DNA of 48,865 bases. It comes from Candidatus Parcubacteria bacterium. GTDB lineage: Bacteria; Patescibacteriota; Minisyncoccia; Minisyncoccales; JAGMAB01. The notes under the pieces are model-generated. The model searched no databases. It saw only the letters and a list, made by a program, of their open reading frames with translations, and was not told the DNA's origin. The stretch spans positions 1-48,865 of the forward strand of contig JAGMAB010000002.1 in NCBI GenBank assembly GCA_023131055.1, read 5' to 3'. The position numbers were made by a program, and so were the translations under genes. Below, one piece after another: positions 18,943-28,100 of this stretch. Numbering within the stretch: the stretch's first letter is position 1; the number at the start of each line of letters is the position of its first letter.

Positions 18943-19417
18943 AAAAGGAATTGCCGTCATAGAAATTTTGATTATTATTGTTATTATTACTACCGCGTTA
19001 ACCGCTCTTTTAGGTTTGGTTGCTTTTTCTTTAAGAGCGTCTGTTTTAATTAAAGAAACAACTCAGGCAAAGAATATTGCCGAGGGAATAATAGAACAAA
19101 CGCGAAATTTCAGAGACGGAACAATTTGGGACACTGACGGGCTTGGCGTTTTATCCACAGGGATTATTTATCATATTGAAAAAACAACAGATGCGTTGCC
19201 GAAATGGCAAATAGTTGCCGGGGAGGAAACAATTGACGGTTTTACGAGAAAAGTTATTTTTGGAGAGGTTCAAAGAGATGGAGATGATAATATTGTTGAA
19301 ACAGAAGGAACTATTGATTCTGACACTAAAAAAATAACCGCTGCTGTTTCCTGGCAGACAAAAGGAAAAACCCGTCAAATAGAAATCATAACTTTTTTAA
19401 CCAATTGGAAACAATGA
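18914..19417 (+). CDS. Minor pilin, PilV-like
   Basis: KKG|IAVIEIL with hydrophobic helix; FTRKV...KKITAAVSW..LTNW. Confidence 0.75.
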   Translation: MFLIQWKHNKKGIAVIEILIIIVIITTALTALLGLVAFSLRASVLIKETTQAKNIAEGIIEQTRNFRDGTIWDTDGLGVLSTGIIYHIEKTTDALPKWQIVAGEETIDGFTRKVIFGEVQRDGDDNIVETEGTIDSDTKKITAAVSWQTKGKTRQIEIITFLTNWKQ

Positions 19418-19935
19418 GAAAAGGATTTACATTAATTGAAACTTTAGTTTATGTAGCAATATTGGCAATTGTTATTTCAGCGGTTTTTTCTTATTTTTTT
19501 TGGACTGTTAATTCTAATATTAAAACCAAGGCAATGCGGGAAACCTTGGATAACGCCAGAAGAGCTATGGAAATAATAACCCATGAAATAAAAGAATCAG
19601 AAAGTATTTATATTCCAACCAGTGTTTTCGGTTCTCATCCAGGCCAGATTTCTTTAGAAACAAAAAAATACCTGCCGGAAGGAGAGGTCATTACTTATAT
19701 TGATTTTTTTCTTTGCGAAGATAAAATCTGTTTTAAAAAAGAATCTCAAAATGCAATCGCTTTAACTTCTAACAGAGTAAAAGTAAGTAAATTGGAATTT
19801 AATCAAGTTGCCACTGATTTGCTTTACCCTTCTATTCAAATTGAGCTAAAGGTTGATTATAATACCTTGGCTGATAAGCCGGAATATCAGGCGTCAGTTG
19901 AACTTTTTTCTACCGCTTCTTTAAGGTCTTTTTAA
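19414..19935 (+). CDS. Minor pilin, PilW-like
   Basis: MRKG|FTLIETLVYVAIL; the ATG overlaps the previous stop (ATGA). Confidence 0.8.
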   Translation: MRKGFTLIETLVYVAILAIVISAVFSYFFWTVNSNIKTKAMRETLDNARRAMEIITHEIKESESIYIPTSVFGSHPGQISLETKKYLPEGEVITYIDFFLCEDKICFKKESQNAIALTSNRVKVSKLEFNQVATDLLYPSIQIELKVDYNTLADKPEYQASVELFSTASLRSF

Positions 19936-19936
19936 A

Positions 19937-21223
19937 ATGTTAAAAAGAGACAAAAATCAAAAAGGGTTTGCCGCGTTTTATCTTACTGTTTTAATTTTAG
20001 CAGTTGTTTTTACTATTGGTACAAGTATCTCTATTTTAATTTATGGGCAGGAAAAAATTTCCAGAAATATTGTAAGAAGCAGTCAGGCATATTATACTGC
20101 TGAAGCGGGAATTGAAGACGCGCTTTTACGTTTAGAAAAAAAACTTAATTGGTCAAGCCCTTATCTGTTAAACATTGGCAATAATATTAGCGCTATAGAA
20201 ATATCAGATATTATTGGCGGTTCAAGAGTTATTACAGCGAAAGGAAGCGCGGGAAATCAAGTTAGAAAAATAGAAGTGTATTACGGGATAAAAACAGGTA
20301 AGACTGCTTTTCGTTACGGGGTTCAGGTTGATGAAGGGGGAATTGTGATGCATAACAATAGCGAAATTAAAGGAAATATTTTTTCAAATGGCAGTATTGT
20401 AGGCGCAGGCGTAATTACCGGCGATGTTGTGGTGGCTAGCGCCAGCGTTGTTTATGGAAACAATGAAATCAATGGTTTAGAAATTGGAGAAGAAAGCGGC
20501 GCGGATGCTTATGCGTATTCTTGTCAAGATTGCGAAATATGGGGGAAACTTTATCTAAGCGGGGGTAGCGCCGTAAATTGTACGGCAGATGAAATAATTA
20601 CTGAAACTGAAACAATAACAAAAAAGGATTTGCCAATTACCCAGGAACAAATTGACGGCTGGGAAACAGAAGCTAGTTCTTCTGAAATTTATATCGGAGA
20701 TTATGTAGTTTCTGGCGGAGATACTGAATCTTTTGGGCCTCGCAAGATTGAAGGTTCTTTAACAATAAAAAATAACGCTGTTTTAATTATGGAGGGTACT
20801 ATTTGGGTTACAGGGCTTATGACTATAGAAAATAACGCAGTTATTAGATTAGATCAAGCCGCCTATGGTTCAAAAAGCGGGGTTTTAATCGTTGATGATG
20901 GAAAAATTATTGTTGAGAACGGCGCTGAACTTTTTGGCTCCGGCGAAGAAAGCAGTTATCTTATGCTCCTTTCCACCAATACTTCTCAAATTGAGGAGAG
21001 TCCGGCTATTGATATAGGAAATAATTCCATAGGCGCAATTTTTTACACCAATAAAGGTTTAATAGTTCTAAATAATAATATGGAAGCGAGAGAGGTTACG
21101 GGCTATAAAATTCTTCTTAAACCCAATACGGTAATAGAGTACGAAACCGGCTTAATGCACGTTTTTTTTACAAGCGGGCCCGGTGGTTCTTGGGAAGTAA
21201 CCAGTTGGAAAGAAATAGAATAA
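19937..21223 (+). CDS. PilX-like minor pilin with beta-helical C-terminal region
   Basis: QKG|FAAF lacking E5; AYYTAEAGIEDALLRL; ends in SWKEIE. Confidence 0.78.
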   Translation: MLKRDKNQKGFAAFYLTVLILAVVFTIGTSISILIYGQEKISRNIVRSSQAYYTAEAGIEDALLRLEKKLNWSSPYLLNIGNNISAIEISDIIGGSRVITAKGSAGNQVRKIEVYYGIKTGKTAFRYGVQVDEGGIVMHNNSEIKGNIFSNGSIVGAGVITGDVVVASASVVYGNNEINGLEIGEESGADAYAYSCQDCEIWGKLYLSGGSAVNCTADEIITETETITKKDLPITQEQIDGWETEASSSEIYIGDYVVSGGDTESFGPRKIEGSLTIKNNAVLIMEGTIWVTGLMTIENNAVIRLDQAAYGSKSGVLIVDDGKIIVENGAELFGSGEESSYLMLLSTNTSQIEESPAIDIGNNSIGAIFYTNKGLIVLNNNMEAREVTGYKILLKPNTVIEYETGLMHVFFTSGPGGSWEVTSWKEIE

Positions 21224-21246
21224 AAGAGTAAAATGAAAATAAAACA

Positions 21247-22311
21247 ATGTTTAATTTTTTAACATTAAAACAAGAGGCGTTTGGATTGGACATTTCTGAT
21301 TTATCTTTAAAGCTCATAAAACTTAAAAGAAAAGGAAAGTTTTTTGATTTGGCTTCATTCAACGAGGCAGACATTAAACCGGGAATAATCAAGCAAGGAG
21401 AAATTAAAAAAGAAAATGACTTGGTAAAAATTATTAAAGATGTTTGTTCTAAAATAAATGGAGAAAAACTAAAGACAAAATATGTTGTTGCGTCTTTGCC
21501 GGAAGAAAAAGCGTTCTTACAAGTAATTCAAATGCCCTTAATGTCAAAACAGGATTTGCAGTCAGCTGTTGTTTATGAGGCGGAAAATTATATTCCTTTG
21601 CCGATTGAAAAAGTTTATTTATCTTCTCAAGTTATTTCTCCTGTTAATAACCGTGAAAATCATCTTGATGTTTTAATCGCCGCTTTGCCTAAAACAACGG
21701 TTGATGCTTATGTATCTTGTCTTAAAAAAGCCGGACTTCAGCCAATTGCCTTGGAAGTTGAGTCATTGGCTATTTCTCGGGCATTAATAAAAAATGAAAC
21801 TGCTGTTTCTCCGGTTCTCTTGATTGATTTGGGAGCGAATAGAACCGGTTTTATTGTTTTTGCCGGTAATTCTTTGAGGTTCACTTCCTCTATTCCGGTT
21901 TCTTCCCAAAGTTTTACTAATATTATTTCTAAAACCTTAAAAGTAAATTTGTCTGAGGCGGAAAAATTAAAATTACAATATGGCTTAAAAGAAAAAAAGG
22001 TTTTTGACGCCTTAATTCCGGCATTAGTTGATTTAGTTGAACAAATTCAAAAATATCTTGATTATTATCAAACCCACGCTTCTCACATAAAGAAGATTTT
22101 TCTTTGCGGCGGCGGCGCCAAACTAAAAGGTTTTACTGATTTTCTTTCGGATAAATTGAAAATTACGGTTGATGTCGGCAATCCCTGGATAAATATCCTG
22201 CCGCATGATTTTTTAATACCAAAGAAATTGCTGATTTATAAAAAAGAAGAATCGCTTAGATATACTACGGCTTTAGGCTTGGCCATAAGAGCAATCAAAA
22301 AAAATGATTAA
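21247..22311 (+). CDS. pilM: Type IV pilus assembly protein PilM
   Basis: Actin-like motifs FGLDISD, EAENYIPLP, IDLGA, LCGGGA, TALGLA. Confidence 0.92.
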   Translation: MFNFLTLKQEAFGLDISDLSLKLIKLKRKGKFFDLASFNEADIKPGIIKQGEIKKENDLVKIIKDVCSKINGEKLKTKYVVASLPEEKAFLQVIQMPLMSKQDLQSAVVYEAENYIPLPIEKVYLSSQVISPVNNRENHLDVLIAALPKTTVDAYVSCLKKAGLQPIALEVESLAISRALIKNETAVSPVLLIDLGANRTGFIVFAGNSLRFTSSIPVSSQSFTNIISKTLKVNLSEAEKLKLQYGLKEKKVFDALIPALVDLVEQIQKYLDYYQTHASHIKKIFLCGGGAKLKGFTDFLSDKLKITVDVGNPWINILPHDFLIPKKLLIYKKEESLRYTTALGLAIRAIKKND

Positions 22312-22876
22312 TCTTTTACCGTCTCAATATAAAAAAGAATTAAAGCAAGAGGAAAGTTTGAAGATAATAGTAATTTTAGGAATTATTATTCTAAGTTTTT
22401 TGATTTGTTTTTGTTTAATTCTTTTTTTAATAAAAATAGATATTTCCGAAGAAATTACTACCCAAAAAATTTTTATTGAAGTAAAAGAAAAAGAATATAG
22501 AATATCAGAGACAAAAAATTTAGAGAAAGAAATGCTTTTACTCAATCAGACACTTTTGAAATTGAATTCTTTTTATAAAGAGCAGATTAATTTAACTGAA
22601 GCATTGGAAAAAATTGCTCAAATACTTCCTTCAAAAGGTTATCTTACCGGCTTTAATTTTATGTTATTAAATGAAGAATATATTGCGGGCAAGCTTTCGT
22701 TTTCCGGTTTTTCTCCAACCAGAGAGATTTTACTCCTTTTTAAGGAAAACCTTGATAAACAAGAGATTTTCACGGAAATTTATTTCCCTTCGTCTAATTG
22801 GGTTAAACCAAGCGACATTGATTTTTCAGCAACCTTGAAAATAAATAATTTGTATGATTTTGAAAAACAAAATTAA
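22304..22876 (+). CDS. pilN: PilN-like protein
   Basis: MINLLP N-terminal motif plus TM helix, directly after pilM. Confidence 0.8.
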   Translation: MINLLPSQYKKELKQEESLKIIVILGIIILSFLICFCLILFLIKIDISEEITTQKIFIEVKEKEYRISETKNLEKEMLLLNQTLLKLNSFYKEQINLTEALEKIAQILPSKGYLTGFNFMLLNEEYIAGKLSFSGFSPTREILLLFKENLDKQEIFTEIYFPSSNWVKPSDIDFSATLKINNLYDFEKQN

Positions 22877-23408
22877 TTTATCTTCACCCGCCCAAATTTT
22901 AGTACGTAAAACTTGGGCGGGTTTAGCGGTTTTTAGCATTTTAATTATATTCTTGATTGTTTTTGTAATTGACCCGCTTTTCAAAGGAATAAAGAATAAT
23001 TCAAATGATTTAATTTTCCAGAAACAACAATTTGTTTCTTTGGAAACAAAAATTAAAGACTTGCAGGAATTCAAGGTTTTTTCTCAAAATGAGAAAAAAA
23101 ATCTGGAAAAAATCGCTAAATTATTCATAAACCCTGATTTGCCGGTAGAATTTATTAGTTTCTTGGAAAACATTTCCAATGATTGTCAGATTCCAATTAA
23201 AATTTCAGCGCTTCCTTCCAAAAAAGAAAAAGAAGAAGCGATTTGGCAATCGCTTAATTTTCAAATTTCTTGTTCCGGCGCATTCCCTAAATTTTTGAGA
23301 TTTCTGGAAAAGTTAGAAAATAGCCCTTATTTAATTACAATCCAAAATGTGAATATCAATGATGTTAATATTAATCTTTCAATAAAAGTTTATGCCAAAG
23401 CGAATTAA
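22854..23408 (+). CDS. pilO: PilO-like protein
   Basis: TM helix, coiled coil, GAFPKFLRFLEKLEN motif; gene position. Confidence 0.75.
   Translation: MILKNKINLSSPAQILVRKTWAGLAVFSILIIFLIVFVIDPLFKGIKNNSNDLIFQKQQFVSLETKIKDLQEFKVFSQNEKKNLEKIAKLFINPDLPVEFISFLENISNDCQIPIKISALPSKKEKEEAIWQSLNFQISCSGAFPKFLRFLEKLENSPYLITIQNVNINDVNINLSIKVYAKAN
22886..22922. repeat. GC-rich palindromic element inside the pilO coding sequence
   Basis: ACCCGCCCAA-ATTTTAGTACGTAAAAC-TTGGGCGGGT. Confidence 0.75.
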
Positions 23409-23691
23409 TTTTAAAAAAATTACGGATTTTTTTGGAAAACTGCCTGAATTTTTAGATAAACGCGCCTTTTTATTTTTTTTAGTGTTTTTGTTAATATCTT
23501 TGATTTTGGGAAGTTTTCTTTTTTACAAATATAGTATTTTAATTGACAAGGAAAAACCGGATGTTGTTATTGGGGCAATAAAGTTTAATAAACAACTTTA
23601 TCAGGAAATTTTGGAAATTCAGCAAATAAAAGAACAGCAATTTGAAAAAACTAACTTAAAAGAATATCCTTCTCTTTTCAAAATTGACTGA
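23392..23691 (+). CDS. Small single-TM protein at the end of the pil operon
   Basis: One TM helix; overlaps the pilO stop. Confidence 0.65.
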   Translation: MPKRINFKKITDFFGKLPEFLDKRAFLFFLVFLLISLILGSFLFYKYSILIDKEKPDVVIGAIKFNKQLYQEILEIQQIKEQQFEKTNLKEYPSLFKID

Positions 23692-23712
23692 ATAGGAAAT
23701 TTTAGGTATAAT
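23684..23712 (+). promoter_or_regulatory. Sigma70 promoter upstream of tRNA-Arg(TCT)
   Basis: TTGACT-17 nt-TATAAT. Confidence 0.7.
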
Positions 23713-23758
23713 GAGGTCAATCCTCCTCAGGAGGAGGTTTGACCTCAATCAATTCCCC
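23712..23758. repeat. Doublet REP-like palindrome (variant of the GGGGTCAAACCCC family)
   Basis: TGAGGTCAATCCTCCT-CAGG-AGGAGGTTTGACCTCA, followed by the shared ATCAATTCCCC flank. Confidence 0.6.
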
Positions 23759-23788
23759 AGTGCTTAGTTATCAGTTATCAATCTTGTT

Positions 23789-23863
23789 GCCCTCGTAGTT
23801 CAACGGATAGAATACGGGTTTTCTAAACCTGAAATGGGAGTTCGATTCTTCCCGAGGGCACCA
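23789..23863 (+). tRNA. tRNA-Arg(TCT)
   Basis: GCCCTCG...CGGGT-TTTCTAA-ACCTG...TTCGATT...CGAGGGC-A-CCA. Confidence 0.93.
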
Positions 23864-23893
23864 CTAAGAAAAAGAAAATTTTTTAATCAGTTT

Positions 23894-24661
23894 ATGAATA
23901 AAAATTTAATACCAGAAAATTACAATTCTCAAAATCTTGTTAATATGTGGCGAGATTATATTGATTGGGATAAACGGAGAATCGGAGAAGAAAATTTTTT
24001 AGTAAATCAACTTCGCAAATATAATGTTAAAAAAGTTTTTGATGCCGCTTTAGGTGACGGTTGCGATTCTATATATTTAATCAAACAGGGTTTTGATGTT
24101 ATTAGTAATGAGATAGATAAAATCTTTTTAAATAAAGCTTTAGAGCATGCGAAATCTGAAAATATTGAACTTAAAACTACTTCTTTAGATTGGCGAGAAC
24201 TTGATAAAGAATTGCTCGAAAAATCCTTTGATGCTGTTTTATGTTTAGGTAATTCGCTAACATATCTTTTTACTGAAAAAAACCAAATAGATGTTTTAAA
24301 TCAATTCCGCCGTATTTTAAGAAATAAGAGTATTTTCATAATTGATGAAAGAAATTATCAATACATTTTAGATAACCGAAAAGAAATTTTAAAAGGTAAT
24401 TTTCGTTATAGTGGTAGATATATTTATTGCGGCAAAAAGGTACATAATTATCCGGTGGAAATATCCGATCAAAAAGTCAAATTTGAAATCGTTGACAAAC
24501 GAACTGGCAAGAAGGATCATTTTATTGTCTACCCATTTAAGCGTGGGGAGATGAAAAATCTTTTGAGTAAAGCAAGTTTTAAATCTGTTGAACAATTTAG
24601 TGATTTTAAATCAGGCGAAGATATAAACGCTGATTTTTATCAATATGTTTGTGTGAAGTAA
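23894..24661 (+). CDS. Class I SAM-dependent methyltransferase, glycine/sarcosine N-methyltransferase-like
   Basis: W..YIDWDKR..E, FDAALGDG, DWREL, CLGNSLTYL, IDERNY, YIYCG, SDF..DFY. Start moved past the tRNA. Confidence 0.75.
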   Translation: MNKNLIPENYNSQNLVNMWRDYIDWDKRRIGEENFLVNQLRKYNVKKVFDAALGDGCDSIYLIKQGFDVISNEIDKIFLNKALEHAKSENIELKTTSLDWRELDKELLEKSFDAVLCLGNSLTYLFTEKNQIDVLNQFRRILRNKSIFIIDERNYQYILDNRKEILKGNFRYSGRYIYCGKKVHNYPVEISDQKVKFEIVDKRTGKKDHFIVYPFKRGEMKNLLSKASFKSVEQFSDFKSGEDINADFYQYVCVK

Positions 24662-24749
24662 TTTTTTAGTATTTTGTCGTTAGAAAAAATTTGAACTACT
24701 CCACAACCGAGTGCTTTTACTTTTTAGTTTTTTGTGATAGAATTAGATA

Positions 24750-25244
24750 ATGAAAAGAAAGACAAAACAAATTTTTAATAGGAAATGTAAAATTTGTGGA
24801 AAAGAATTTCATGTTAAACCATATTTTATAAAACACGGCTGGGGTCAATATTGTTCTCGCGAGTGTCAATACAAAGCATACCGAAAAGGAAAATTTGTAT
24901 ATTGCGAAATCTGCGGTAAAAAAATTTGGAGGCAACCTCACGAGTTTGAACAATCGAAAAGCAACAAATTTTTTTGTAGCAAGTCCCATCAAACTTTATG
25001 GAGAAATAAAGAGTTTAGTGGCCCGCGTCACGGAAATTGGAAAGGCGGAGAACATATACACCATAAAAGACTTCTAATCCAAAATAAAATTAAGCCAGTT
25101 TGTAAATTATGTGATTGTAAAGATAAAAGAGTGCTTGTTGTGCATCATCTCGATAGAAATAGAAAACATAATAATATAAAAAATTTAGTATACTTGTGCC
25201 ATAATTGTCATCATTTAGTTCATTGTCATAATATTTCAGTATAA
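24750..25244 (+). CDS. HNH endonuclease with N-terminal zinc-finger repeats
   Basis: CKICGKEF..YCSREC, CEICGK..FCSKSH, NWKGG, CKLC..VHHLDRN..N..NLVYLCHNCH. Confidence 0.85.
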   Translation: MKRKTKQIFNRKCKICGKEFHVKPYFIKHGWGQYCSRECQYKAYRKGKFVYCEICGKKIWRQPHEFEQSKSNKFFCSKSHQTLWRNKEFSGPRHGNWKGGEHIHHKRLLIQNKIKPVCKLCDCKDKRVLVVHHLDRNRKHNNIKNLVYLCHNCHHLVHCHNISV

Positions 25245-25250
25245 ATTCAT

Positions 25251-25324
25251 GGTGGTCGTAGTGTAGTGGCTTAGCACAAGAATTTGTGGAATTCTTAGGG
25301 GGAGTTCAAATCTCCTCGACCACC
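25251..25324 (+). tRNA. tRNA-His(GTG)
   Basis: G-1 then GTGGTCG...AGAAT-TTGTGGA-ATTCT...CGACCAC-C. Confidence 0.93.
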
Positions 25325-25329
25325 AATTT

Positions 25330-26355
25330 TCACTTTTTTTCTTCTAATTTTGCGCGCAACTCTATTTGTTTTTTCTCTCTTAGAATTTTCAAGGAGATTT
25401 CCTGACCGATTTTGTATTTCTGCAGAATAAAAGTTAAAGGATTTTTAAAAGTAATTTTTTCCCCTTGGCACTCTAAAATTATATCGTATTCTTTCAAGCC
25501 GGCTTTATCTGCCGCGGAATCTTTCGCTATTGCCGGCTCGCCTAAATTTTCTCTGGCAATTAAAGCGCCGTAATCAACAGGCAAATGGTTTGACTTGGCT
25601 ATTTCCTTGCTTAAAATTATGTATTTTACTCCTAAAAACGGCCTCTTGATTTTTCCATATTTTTTGACTTCTTCCAAATCATTTCTGGCATAATCTATTG
25701 GAATGGCAAAACCAATATTTTGCGCTCCCATAACCATTGCCGTATTAACGCCGATTGCTTTGCTTTCCATATTTATCAAGGGTCCTCCGGAATTTCCAGG
25801 ATTGATTGCCGCATCTGTCTGAATTAGCCCTCTTAAACTGGTTGCCTTTGAAGAAAAACCGTCAATAGCCGTAATTCTGCGGCTTAACCCTGAAACAATT
25901 CCGGCAGACAAAGTGTCTTCAAATTCTCCCAAAGGATTTCCTACCGCCACAACTGTTTCTCCTAATTCAATTTCTTTTGAACTGCCTAATTCCAAATAAG
26001 GGAATTTTTTCCCCTGAATTTTTAGAACCGCTATGTCAATTAAAGAATCTCTGACCAAAACCTTGGCAGGATATTTATGTTTTATATCAAGTATTACAGT
26101 ATAATCTGCTCCATGGTCTTTGACTACATGATTGCAGGTTAAAACATATCCGTCAGGCGAAACAATAAACCCTGACCCACCGCCGATTTTTGTTTTTTCT
26201 TTTCCTTTTTTAAGTTTTGGCAAAATCAATTCTTGACCGCCAAGAGGAAAAAGATAAAAACCCTCTATTTTAGGCAGGTCTTTTGAAATAGCAATAGTTA
26301 TTACCGCGGGACAAACCTTTTTCGCTACTTTTACAATTGGCGATTGTTCTTTCAT
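25330..26355 (-). CDS. htrA: HtrA/DegP-family serine protease with one PDZ domain
   Basis: GSGFIV, TCNHVV, DIAVLK, IQTDAAINPGNSGGPL, PDZ (FLGV..DSAADKAGL). Start moved to avoid the tRNA overlap. Confidence 0.9.
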   Translation of the reverse strand: MKEQSPIVKVAKKVCPAVITIAISKDLPKIEGFYLFPLGGQELILPKLKKGKEKTKIGGGSGFIVSPDGYVLTCNHVVKDHGADYTVILDIKHKYPAKVLVRDSLIDIAVLKIQGKKFPYLELGSSKEIELGETVVAVGNPLGEFEDTLSAGIVSGLSRRITAIDGFSSKATSLRGLIQTDAAINPGNSGGPLINMESKAIGVNTAMVMGAQNIGFAIPIDYARNDLEEVKKYGKIKRPFLGVKYIILSKEIAKSNHLPVDYGALIARENLGEPAIAKDSAADKAGLKEYDIILECQGEKITFKNPLTFILQKYKIGQEISLKILREKKQIELRAKLEEKK

Positions 26356-26424
26356 ACAAGTATATTTTAACATATATGCTCTTGTTAGCAAAGGTAAAAT
26401 ATGATAATTTGATAATTGAACTCT

Positions 26425-26496
26425 GCCCTTGTAGTTCAATGGATAGAATATTTCCCCCCTAAGGAAAAAATGGAAGTTCGACTCTTCCCAAGGGCA
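26425..26496 (+). tRNA. tRNA-Arg(CCT)
   Basis: GCCCTTG...TTTCC-CCCCTAA-GGAAA...TTCGACT...CAAGGGC-A; C at position 33. Confidence 0.85.
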
Positions 26497-28094
26497 CATA
26501 AGGGCCCATAATCTAGTGGTAAAATACCTCTATGGCATAGAGGAGTCGGGAGTTCGACTCTCCCTGGGTCCACTACTTGTGATTTTTGGGGAGATTTCAC
26601 CCTCAAAAACTGCTGATTTAAGTTAAAAATCACACCTAATTTAGCGGTTCCAAATCCCTTATTTTTGTCATAGGGAATTCCTTCTGGAAACACTAACTTT
26701 TGGAACCGAGGACGCGATTCAGGCAGTAGATCAAACCACTGCCTGCCTAAATTACTAATGAAGTTAGTAGCGTAAGTTAGAACCCCTTCAATATCAAACT
26801 GCTCTATCCGGGATTCATCCAAAGATATTTTTGTAGTAACGATTTCATTATCTGTTTCTTCTTTGCGTTCCTGAAATTCTTGTTTGGTATAAGAGCCATC
26901 TTCTCTCATCTCAAAAATTCTTTTTCTTTTGGCTTGGATTATTTCAAGTCTTTTTTCATATTTCTTGGCTTCTGATTCAAATCCTTTCCCTTTTTCTTGC
27001 CATAAATCCAACACGGTTTCCTTAAACAAATTTAGGAATTTTTCTTTGGGAGTAATTTTTTCTAAATACTGTAAAAATTCTTTTTCAATTGTTTTTTTTA
27101 CTATACTCTTGCCAAACATTTGGCATTCTTTGTTGCGGCAATGATAATAAAAATATCTGCCGCCATTGCCACGAGGAGAACTTCCTGTTAATGGTGTGTT
27201 GCATAAAGCGCAAATTATAGTTCTGCGAAGCGGAAAATTTGGGTTATACCTCACATATTTATTTAGCTGTTTTTTGCCAGTCCGAATAAGTTGAATTTTG
27301 TGAAATTCTTCTTTTGTAATCATTGCTTTGTGCAGACCTTCAATTTTTTCTCCGGTCCAAGGATTCACTAAAACACCTGTATAAAAATTCAAGTATTTTC
27401 CGAGTATTCTGTTAATAAATTGTAATGTGGTTTCTTTGCCGCGAATAGATTTTAATCCCCATTTATCAAGCAATTTTGATAGTTCTACTTGTGAATATAA
27501 TCCTTTAGCGTATTCTTTGAGCGCTTTCTGAATAATTGGGAAAATTTCTTTATCCGGTAAATCAGGTTCAGTTTTCTTTTCTCCTTGTTTTTTGAAATGA
27601 GAGCATTCATAGCCAATCGGTGGTTTCCATGGGAAAATGCCTTTATTTATTCTTTCTGACATGCCATCAATACAGCGTTGTTTTCGGATGGCATTATCAA
27701 ATTCTGAGCTGCCAGCTAAAACAGTTTCAATAAATTTTTCAGCAGGATTATTACCAATGGGTTCGGCAACTGAACGTAATGTAACCTTATAATCAAGTAA
27801 TGTTTTTCTTACATAAAAGTGGTCTTCAGTGTTTCGTGCAAATCTATCAACTTTAGCTACAACAAAAGCGTCAATCTTGCCTTTGTTTTTTCTACAAAAT
27901 TCTATTGCCCGTAAAAATTCAGCCCTATCAGCTGTTTTGGCAGAAGCGCCTTCTTCGCGAAAGACGGCTAATACTTCAATACCTTTTTCTTTACAGTAAT
28001 TGCGGCACTGTTCTTCTTGGAAATCCAAAGAAGTTCCTTTTACTTGTTCGTCGCTTGATACCCTTGTATAAATAATTCCTTTTATCTTTTCCAT
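26436..28094 (-). CDS. Large serine recombinase (resolvase + recombinase + Zn ribbon + coiled coil)
   Basis: IYTRVSS catalytic motif, VDRFARN, PPIGY, CALC...YYHC. The C-terminus runs antisense through tRNA-Ala and tRNA-Arg. Confidence 0.92.
   Translation of the reverse strand: MEKIKGIIYTRVSSDEQVKGTSLDFQEEQCRNYCKEKGIEVLAVFREEGASAKTADRAEFLRAIEFCRKNKGKIDAFVVAKVDRFARNTEDHFYVRKTLLDYKVTLRSVAEPIGNNPAEKFIETVLAGSSEFDNAIRKQRCIDGMSERINKGIFPWKPPIGYECSHFKKQGEKKTEPDLPDKEIFPIIQKALKEYAKGLYSQVELSKLLDKWGLKSIRGKETTLQFINRILGKYLNFYTGVLVNPWTGEKIEGLHKAMITKEEFHKIQLIRTGKKQLNKYVRYNPNFPLRRTIICALCNTPLTGSSPRGNGGRYFYYHCRNKECQMFGKSIVKKTIEKEFLQYLEKITPKEKFLNLFKETVLDLWQEKGKGFESEAKKYEKRLEIIQAKRKRIFEMREDGSYTKQEFQERKEETDNEIVTTKISLDESRIEQFDIEGVLTYATNFISNLGRQWFDLLPESRPRFQKLVFPEGIPYDKNKGFGTAKLGVIFNLNQQFLRVKSPQKSQVVDPGRVELPTPLCHRGILPLDYGPLCALGKSRTSIFSLGGKYSIH
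26502..26572 (+). tRNA. tRNA-Ala(GGC), probable integration site
   Basis: GGGCCCA/TGGGTCC acceptor with G3.U70; CCTCT-ATGGCAT-AGAGG. Confidence 0.92.
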
Positions 28095-28100
28095 AATACT

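Noticed and set aside
5465-23691. Type II secretion system
   Set aside because: PilM/N/O are present and there is no secretin or GspC/L/M, so a type IV pilus fits better.
26356-26499. N-terminal extension of HtrA
   Set aside because: It is the antisense reading of tRNA-Arg(CCT) and promoter DNA.
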